Shown one piece after another: positions 57,376-64,000 of a stretch of 64,000 bases of DNA. Each line of letters begins with the position of its first letter. Positions within the stretch are counted from its first letter, which is position 1. The notes under the pieces are model-generated. The model saw only the letters and a program-made list of their open reading frames with translations. It was not told where the DNA came from and ran no database searches. The stretch is from the NCBI GenBank assembly GCA_012295275.1, contig CM022667.1:15686001-15750000 (forward strand). Reading direction: 5' to 3'. The position numbers were made by a program, and so were the translations under genes. This stretch comes from Chrysomallon squamiferum. Taxonomy: Eukaryota > Animalia > Mollusca.

Positions 57376-58434
57376 TTAACTGTTATACAGTCTGTCTATA
57401 TTACTTGGTAAACACGGTATAACTTTCCCGTTAATAAAACAATATAAATTATCTTTCTTTCCTCTCAAGTACGCTGCTATGGCACCAAAACCACTCTTGC
57501 TGATGATCAGTGTGTCACACAGGGCCAGTATGTGCTGGTCCAATATCACTTTGGCCATGACGTCACAGGAATTACTACCTCTCTCTATGTGAGATATTTG
57601 TCCAGGAATGTCGACGATTTCGTTTGGAAATTCCTCCTTTGCTTTCGCGCGCATCTGTTCAGAATCAGTGGAAACGAAAATTTTGCAATCTGGGCACATA
57701 AGGTTGTTTTTGATGAAGTTCCACACCACTTCCACTTCTTTAGGCGTGTTCCTGAGTTCTGTGTCTTTAGGGATGGTTGGGTTCCTGCCCATACGAATCT
57801 GAGCACAGACTAACTTGGAGGTACGGTTATTTGGTTTAGCTTTTTTCATGAACGTTTTGACAGAAGTGTCCAAGTTTTTATTCAGTTTAAATAAGTGTCT
57901 GTGAATGTATGAGAAAACTTGGTCCGGCGTCCGCCCCTGCATCCACTTCAGTTCCGGAGCGTGGTACCGGTTCTTCTGCAGACCGGAGATGTACTCGAAA
58001 TTTCCTTTGTAGAAAATGACGTCATGTGTCAGCACCGCAGAGAAATTTAACGAACTCGCCGACTGGCTGAACGTTTCTGAACCTACGTGATTGATCCTCG
58101 TGTGCGGCAGATCTTTCAGCATTTCGACGTCGACAGACCAGTTTAGCTGGTTGGGCTCGAGATAGTCCGTCATGTTACAGCTTGGTGACGTAATATGGAT
58201 CTTGAAACGTCTTTTCGTCATGACTGACAGCAAGTAGGTCATCACGATGCCTTTCAAACGGTCAGCCCATCCGCCGCAAATTGTGTCACCAGTACATTCA
58301 TAAATCATGTACTTGAAGCTTGATTGAGATTTCAGTCGAATGATGGGTAAGATGTAGAATTTCTCGTCCATTACAAAGAAGAAAATGAACATAAGTCCGA
58401 TGACCATAACAATTTGAAAGGCAAACAATAACCT
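57376..58434 (-). CDS. Exon 2 (signal anchor plus entire catalytic domain) of a fucosyltransferase-like glycosyltransferase, GT-B O-FucT-like clan (related to FUT8/NodZ GT23, GT11, GT37)
   Basis: Long, complex open frame ending in TAA at 57378-57376. Splice acceptor tccttttcttttccag|AGG has its AG at 58436-58435 and is in frame with the ORF. Hydrophobic anchor LLFAFQIVMVIGLMFIFFFVM. Fucosyltransferase-type motifs in the expected order: CGGWADRLKG, motif I AQIRMG, motif II IFVSTDSE, motif III LDQHILALCDTLIISKSGFGAIAA. N-glycosylation sequons NMT, NWS, NFS, NRT. The coding call is firm; linkage and acceptor specificity cannot be read from sequence. Confidence 0.9.
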   Translation of the reverse strand, partial: RLLFAFQIVMVIGLMFIFFFVMDEKFYILPIIRLKSQSSFKYMIYECTGDTICGGWADRLKGIVMTYLLSVMTKRRFKIHITSPSCNMTDYLEPNQLNWSVDVEMLKDLPHTRINHVGSETFSQSASSLNFSAVLTHDVIFYKGNFEYISGLQKNRYHAPELKWMQGRTPDQVFSYIHRHLFKLNKNLDTSVKTFMKKAKPNNRTSKLVCAQIRMGRNPTIPKDTELRNTPKEVEVVWNFIKNNLMCPDCKIFVSTDSEQMRAKAKEEFPNEIVDIPGQISHIERGSNSCDVMAKVILDQHILALCDTLIISKSGFGAIAAYLRGKKDNLYCFINGKVIPCLPSNIDRLYNS

Positions 58435-58500
58435 CTGGAAAAGAAAAGGAAGAAAACTATTAATGAAAAAAGATTAATAATAATAATAATAATAATAATA

Positions 58501-58577
<77 letters not shown>

Positions 58578-59333
58578 AGTACAATGCATTTTGCAGATCA
58601 GACCGCCAGATAAACATGTAACATACACATAGAGAACCCTCCCCCAAACCCCCCCCCCAAAAAAACATGGAAATAAATTAACGTAATTGCTAATGTCAAC
58701 AGCGCACTTTCTAAAAACAACTTCTTCATCGTTATTATCACCAATTGACTATAACTCCAATACTTCAGCAGTGAGAATGAATAAAATAATTACGGAGGCG
58801 AAAGCGTATCGAATTTCTCTTTAAAATAAATTTCCTAATCAATGATAATAAAATCAATGATCTTCGCCGTTTCACCGACACCTAGTAATCAGGCTTTCTT
58901 TAACCAGCAATCGTAAACAATGTGCTCGTTAAAGATAAAATTTCTCATAATAACGAATGACGCTACCGATTTACTTTATTCCATCGACTGCTGGTAAAAA
59001 TTCTGAGATATATTTCAGATGGAATCTGCCATAGTATTTCTATTAGCAACAAGAATTTCTGTTACATACACATTCGTAAAAGACATGGCAGTATATACCA
59101 TGATTTTTGATACATTTATCGTGGATCAACAGATCGGCAAAAAGAATAGTTCAATGTGCCTCCTACAAACCAGAACCTGTAACCACTAAAGATGTTATTA
59201 CTAATTGTAGACGTTGTTGAAGTGATAGTGATGAAGATGGTGGTTGTGGTGGTGGTGATGGTGATGCTGGTTTTGGTGATTGTAGTGGTTGTGGCAGTGG
59301 TCATGGTGTAAGTCAAAATAGGTGAAACTGTTG

Positions 59334-59400
<67 letters not shown>

Positions 59401-59980
59401 ACTGTACTGTTACTGTTACTGTTACTACTACTACTATTGGTTCTATTATTACTATTACAATTACTGGTATTAATTATTATTATTATTATTACAAGTAGTT
59501 GAGTTCCAGTAGTAGCAGCTGCAATGCTAGTAGTGGAAGAAGTGTATACATTTTTTTTCTTTCTTCATAATAAAACTAACTTATCTTTAAAGTTAATGCA
59601 CCTTTCCTTTTTTATTGGAATTCTTAAATGACTATGCTAAGAACATAAATAACGTTTTAATATATTTCAATTAATGCTGCTACTGAATACTGGCATGTAT
59701 GTATGACCAAAAATTTAAAAGAACAGAAGCAAAACAAATCATGTAAACACATTGTTTTAAAAAAATGAAAATTGTAATTTCAAATCATTTAATTATCTGA
59801 AATAATAAATAAATAAATAAACAAACAAATTTTGCCTCACTCACTATACGTATACATATATACTATATATTGCATTCAGCCATTAAGGAATGCGGTGATA
59901 TAAATTACGAAGATTACGTGAAACACACAAACCCGGCGTACGACAAGGTTACACGCTTTCTCTGTGCTTGTTTTACTTAC
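58435..59980 (-). other. GT-AG intron (1546 nt) of the fucosyltransferase-like gene
   Basis: GTAAGT at 59980-59975; polypyrimidine tract plus CAG ending at 58435; interior contains (GA)n, (TAC)n/(TGC)n and GGT/GAT low-complexity tracts. Confidence 0.75.
58475..58574. repeat. (TAA)n(GA)n microsatellite just inside the intron 3' end
   Basis: Direct reading. Confidence 0.95.
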
Positions 59981-60004
59981 CCATGTTCTTTCCATTGACG
60001 ACAT
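59981..60004 (-). CDS. Predicted coding exon 1 of the fucosyltransferase-like gene (MSSMERTW)
   Basis: Minus strand reads gcggccATG TCG TCA ATG GAA AGA ACA TGG|GTAAGT: good Kozak context and a consensus donor in phase 0. This matches the phase-0 acceptor at 58434 and gives MSSMERTWRLLFAFQIVMV..., a short cytoplasmic tail followed by the TM segment, 360 aa total. Confidence 0.75.
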
Positions 60005-60480
60005 GGCCGCGCCTCCGTGTGTTGAAAAACACAGTCACAGTGAGAAACTGACTTAATTTCTATTCATGTCTCTTTAATCAGACGTAAACCCCCTCTCTCT
60101 CTGCAAATACTGAAACACCAACAAAAGTTCCTTTTTTTCTTTTTTTTTTTTTTTTTTGGCAGCAACAAACTATCGTGAATCTCTGTGGTTGAATAATAAT
60201 AATAATAATAATAATAAAACAAAACAACGAAGAAATTATATTCTCCCCACAACAAGCGTTGATGTTAACTACCTGTTGACAGGCAACGGACTGTTACTGG
60301 TTACACAAGTACACTAATTACTATAAAGGATATTTTCGCCTAAGGGGATTATCCGACGAATAAAGTTTCGATTGAGAAAAAAAGAAAAGAATAAAAAGAA
60401 CATGACGTTCGTGACCGTACGTGGACTGACCGAGTGTTTAACGACAATGCACAAGTAATATTGTAGTAAACGTGTAAAAA
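60005..60480 (-). promoter_or_regulatory. Putative core promoter and 5' UTR of the fucosyltransferase-like gene
   Basis: Initiator-type TCAGTT on the minus strand at 60051-60046, about 45 nt upstream of the ATG, within CpG-containing unique sequence. Confidence 0.45.
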
Positions 60481-62772
60481 TTCAGTTTGCACGAGCATTT
60501 TAAGAAAAACTTTGGAAGTGATGCAATAGTTGACCTTAGATACTAACGTGGGTGTGGGTGATAGTGTTGAGTGATAATACCTTTTTTATTTTTATTTATT
60601 AATTAATTTATTTTTATTAGTTTTTATTTATTTATTTACCTGTTTATTTATTTATTTATTTATGTATTTATTTATGTATTTATTATTATTTTTTTTACCT
60701 TTTTTCCCCCCAAAAATGTAATAACATGAAAATGTGTACCCCTGAAACTGAATAGTGTTTTTGAAATCACGTTGTTAATTTTTAAAATACATTGTTTGAA
60801 AATTTTAATTTAATAGAATTTTATTACAATATTTGTTTTGTCTGGTTGTTTCTTTTCTCAAAAAGATAAAATTTAAAACATATATATATATATATATAAT
60901 ATATTTTTTTTTTATCATAATAACATCATTATCATCATCATTATCATCGTCGTTATTTTTATTAGTATAAGCTTTACATATTAATGTCAAATGCTCCTGT
61001 TGATAACATTGAACTGATTCATTCGTTCTCTCTTCTTGTCATTCTTTCTTACAAAGTAATGCTGGTAGAGTTGCTGTTTATTTGTTTTATATTTATTTAT
61101 TTATTTTTTTCTTTCTTTTATTAAATAACCATGTGTGTAAATCCATACAAGCTGGTCATTGACGTTCAACGACTTATCTTTGCGCTTTTGTCTTCGTTTA
61201 TATGAATGTTTGCCAGAGACATATTATGATAATTCCTGTTCTAGCCAGTGCTCCGGACTCTTTAACAAAAAATGATAAAACTAAATGATTTTATGACGAC
61301 TGATAAATAAAGAATATTGCTTAAGACATCGAGTAAAATAATAATAAAATAAAAAATAAAAATTATATTTAAACCTAATTAGGTATTTCAAACAAATACA
61401 TATAATTATTTTTAAAATCTTTTTCCTTCCTGTTTTTCTTTTTCTTTTTTCTTATTTCTTGCGTTCTTTTTCATCTTTTTTAAAATAAAAAATGTTTCTT
61501 CTTCATTTTTACTGTTGCAGTTTTGTTACCTTCTTGAAGATGAAAATACTTATTTGAGTGTGACATTAAAATAAATTTGCTGTTGATTATCTTTTCGATA
61601 TTAAATAGTTAAAATTTTACTGTTCTATTATTTAATAAATATTTACATATTTACAAACTGTAGATTTGTCTAATGCGTGAAAATAACTACCGTATAAAAT
61701 CGTGTTTAAGAGCGGCTACCGTCATATTCTCCTTACCTTTCAACAATCAGCCGTCTGCGCCCAGATTACTGGTTGTTTACTCTGACGTCACTGGTCTGTT
61801 CCAACTATCCCAGAATGCAGTATGTCACGTCCATTTTGTTTCCCCTAGCCAGTAGCGATTCACATGACAAATGATAAAGATATATGGTCCAGATGTTTAA
61901 AATTCGTTCCGCAAAGATTTATAGGTCACTTGAATAATTAGCAAAACTTTTATAATAAAATTTATTGTCCGAAGATGGAAGGAAATCTATAATTTTCTCT
62001 AATGGAACCATCATTTATGCTTGGCTTGTGTGTCAGTGTAAGGAAACAAAATGGCTAATTTACGCGTAATATACTAGAGAAACACAGTGTTTGACGTGAT
62101 GTGTAAACAAACAATTAACAATCTATTCTCTCAAATTATAAAATAACTGGTAAGATCAATGGGTCTCTCTCTCTCTCTCTCTCATTTATAATTTTATTTT
62201 ATTATTACTAATATTATTACTTTTCCGTTTCCTTTTTTATTTTATTTTCTTTTCCTTAATATTTTTAATATTTTTTTTATTTATCGATTTTAATTGGATA
62301 AGGAAATGTAGAGTAAATTGATTTAACATTAACCTAAGTGCTTGCTGTTTACCGCAACTGTCGATAAACTGGCATTTTAAAATATCGATCAGGAGCAAAT
62401 AAAAGAACAAAAAAAAAAAAAAAAAAAAAAAAAACAACTCACTTCTGATCATGATGTTGGAATTTAATTATTTTAAATAGTGTAACGGAATTTAAGATAA
62501 TGACAAGGAATTAATAGGAAAGTAAATAAAAAAAAGAAAAAAAGATGGATTTTAATTTTTTTTTTTTTTTAGTAATATAAAATGATATATCAGGATGGCA
62601 TACCTGCTTACAGGATTTATATTATATATCTAATCATTTCTATATACTGAATGATTGGAAAATAAATAAAATAAATAAATAAATAAAATATCATTCGTTA
62701 TCACTAGTTCATTTTCTCTGTGTGTTTGCGTGTTTGTGTTTGTGTGTGTGTGTGTTACAGTCAATATGTCAA

Positions 62773-63020
62773 ACTAGTCATTTGGCCTAATGCCTGAAAT
62801 GTTTAGACATTTAGCCTAACGCCCAAGACTGTCAGGCGTTTTGCCTAATGACTAAAATTTACAGTAATTAGGCCAAACGCCTGAAATGGACCTATAGTCA
62901 GTGAATGAAAAAGAACGGTTTTGAGTTGGATGAAAACAATTATTTCGAAACACACCAAGTAGTGTTCTATTTATTACAGCAGTTCAAAATTGAGTGATAT
63001 CTTGAACTGCTGAAAACTTG
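62773..63020. mobile_element. Probable non-autonomous DNA transposon/MITE-like remnant
   Basis: Direct and inverted copies of CATTTGGCCTAATGCCTGA (62777-62890) and a perfect 11-bp inverted repeat CAGCAGTTCAA/TTGAACTGCTG (62977-63012). No transposase ORF and no clear TIR pair or TSD seen. Confidence 0.35.
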
Positions 63021-64000
63021 TCATCAACATCTACAATTTTTATAGTCCCACTCACAATATTATAAGGACTTGCACTAGACAAGTAACCAATTGCAGAGCA
63101 AATTAAGCTTAATATATAATTTGAACTGTAATTTTCAGTGATGTTAATGATAGCAATCGTTTACCACAGAAAGAATATAATCATTCAGGCGTTTCCTTAG
63201 TGCTGTTCAAACAAATATTAATGACGTCTGGATTTATCTCCCACTAATCATCTTTTGCTAGTAAAAAACCAAGATCATATTCGCGTTGTTTCTATATCTA
63301 AAGAAAAGCTTTTGAAAAGTTTGTGTCCTATAATTTGAGTTCAACAACCAAAAAATTATCGAAGTTGACACATGAAGGAATAGCTTTAATAATTAACAAA
63401 TAAACCGTTAACCAGAAAAATAGAAACAAACAAAAATCTTATTATTATTACTATTATTATTATTATTGTTATTATTATTTTGCATTAAATAAATATTCCG
63501 ATATAAGGTGTTGCAGGTTTATTTACAGATACTCTGTATTAATCTTACGAAATGATGACATTTAAAAAATAAAATCACAATTTGAAGTCAGTTTCTCAAA
63601 GTCAAAGATATTGAATGTTTTAAATAACATAACTGTTTTTAAACGTAATGCAAACATCCTGAAATATTTTCTTTGGATTTCGCATTTCGATTTTAATGTT
63701 AAGAAAGTTCTCCGATTGAGGTAAATTCAAGAAGAAGAAAACAGGAAAAGAAGAAAAGAAAACTAAAACTGTTATTAATTTTCATAACAACAACAACAAC
63801 AACATTAGAATATTAATAGAAATTAGTAATTTATTACAACTTAAAACCCCCCCACATATTTACAGAAAACAAGAACAACCAAACAACATCTATATACATC
63901 ATGATGATTCAAACCAATTTAAAATATACGATTCGTCAGCTGAACCATTTTAATATATGTGTCATGAGATAAAGATATTTTAGTATTAGAGTCGTGAGAT

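Noticed and set aside
57532-57813. Antisense and alternate-frame ORFs inside the fucosyltransferase exon
   Set aside because: Shadow ORFs of the real CDS.
59116-59316. Thr-rich mucin-like ORF in the intron
   Set aside because: Derived from GGT/GAT low-complexity sequence; it would lie before the TM segment and has no clear splice sites.

Overview
Eukaryotic (metazoan) genomic DNA, strongly AT-rich and packed with microsatellites. It is most likely from a lophotrochozoan such as a mollusc (inference from composition and from the one gene found). I see no prokaryotic features, CRISPR array, rRNA or tRNA. Only one protein-coding gene is supportable: a minus-strand, two-exon, 360-aa type II membrane GT-B fucosyltransferase-like protein (exon 1 CDS 60004-59981, exon 2 58434-57376). 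The ORF track truncates it because it misses the 8-codon first exon. Almost all other listed ORFs are translations of simple repeats. The remaining ~57 kb is non-coding. It alternates 0.2-1.5 kb CpG-containing, motif-rich unique islands with microsatellite or minisatellite blocks, which resembles the regulatory landscape of a large gene lying off the left edge. Notable patterns: at least 11 perfect CRE palindromes, a same-strand CGTCTGC motif found mostly in promoter-like islands, a 50-bp-phased triple CRE-like repeat, a satellite with higher-order structure, and probable mobile-element remnants. All motif counts were made by eye.
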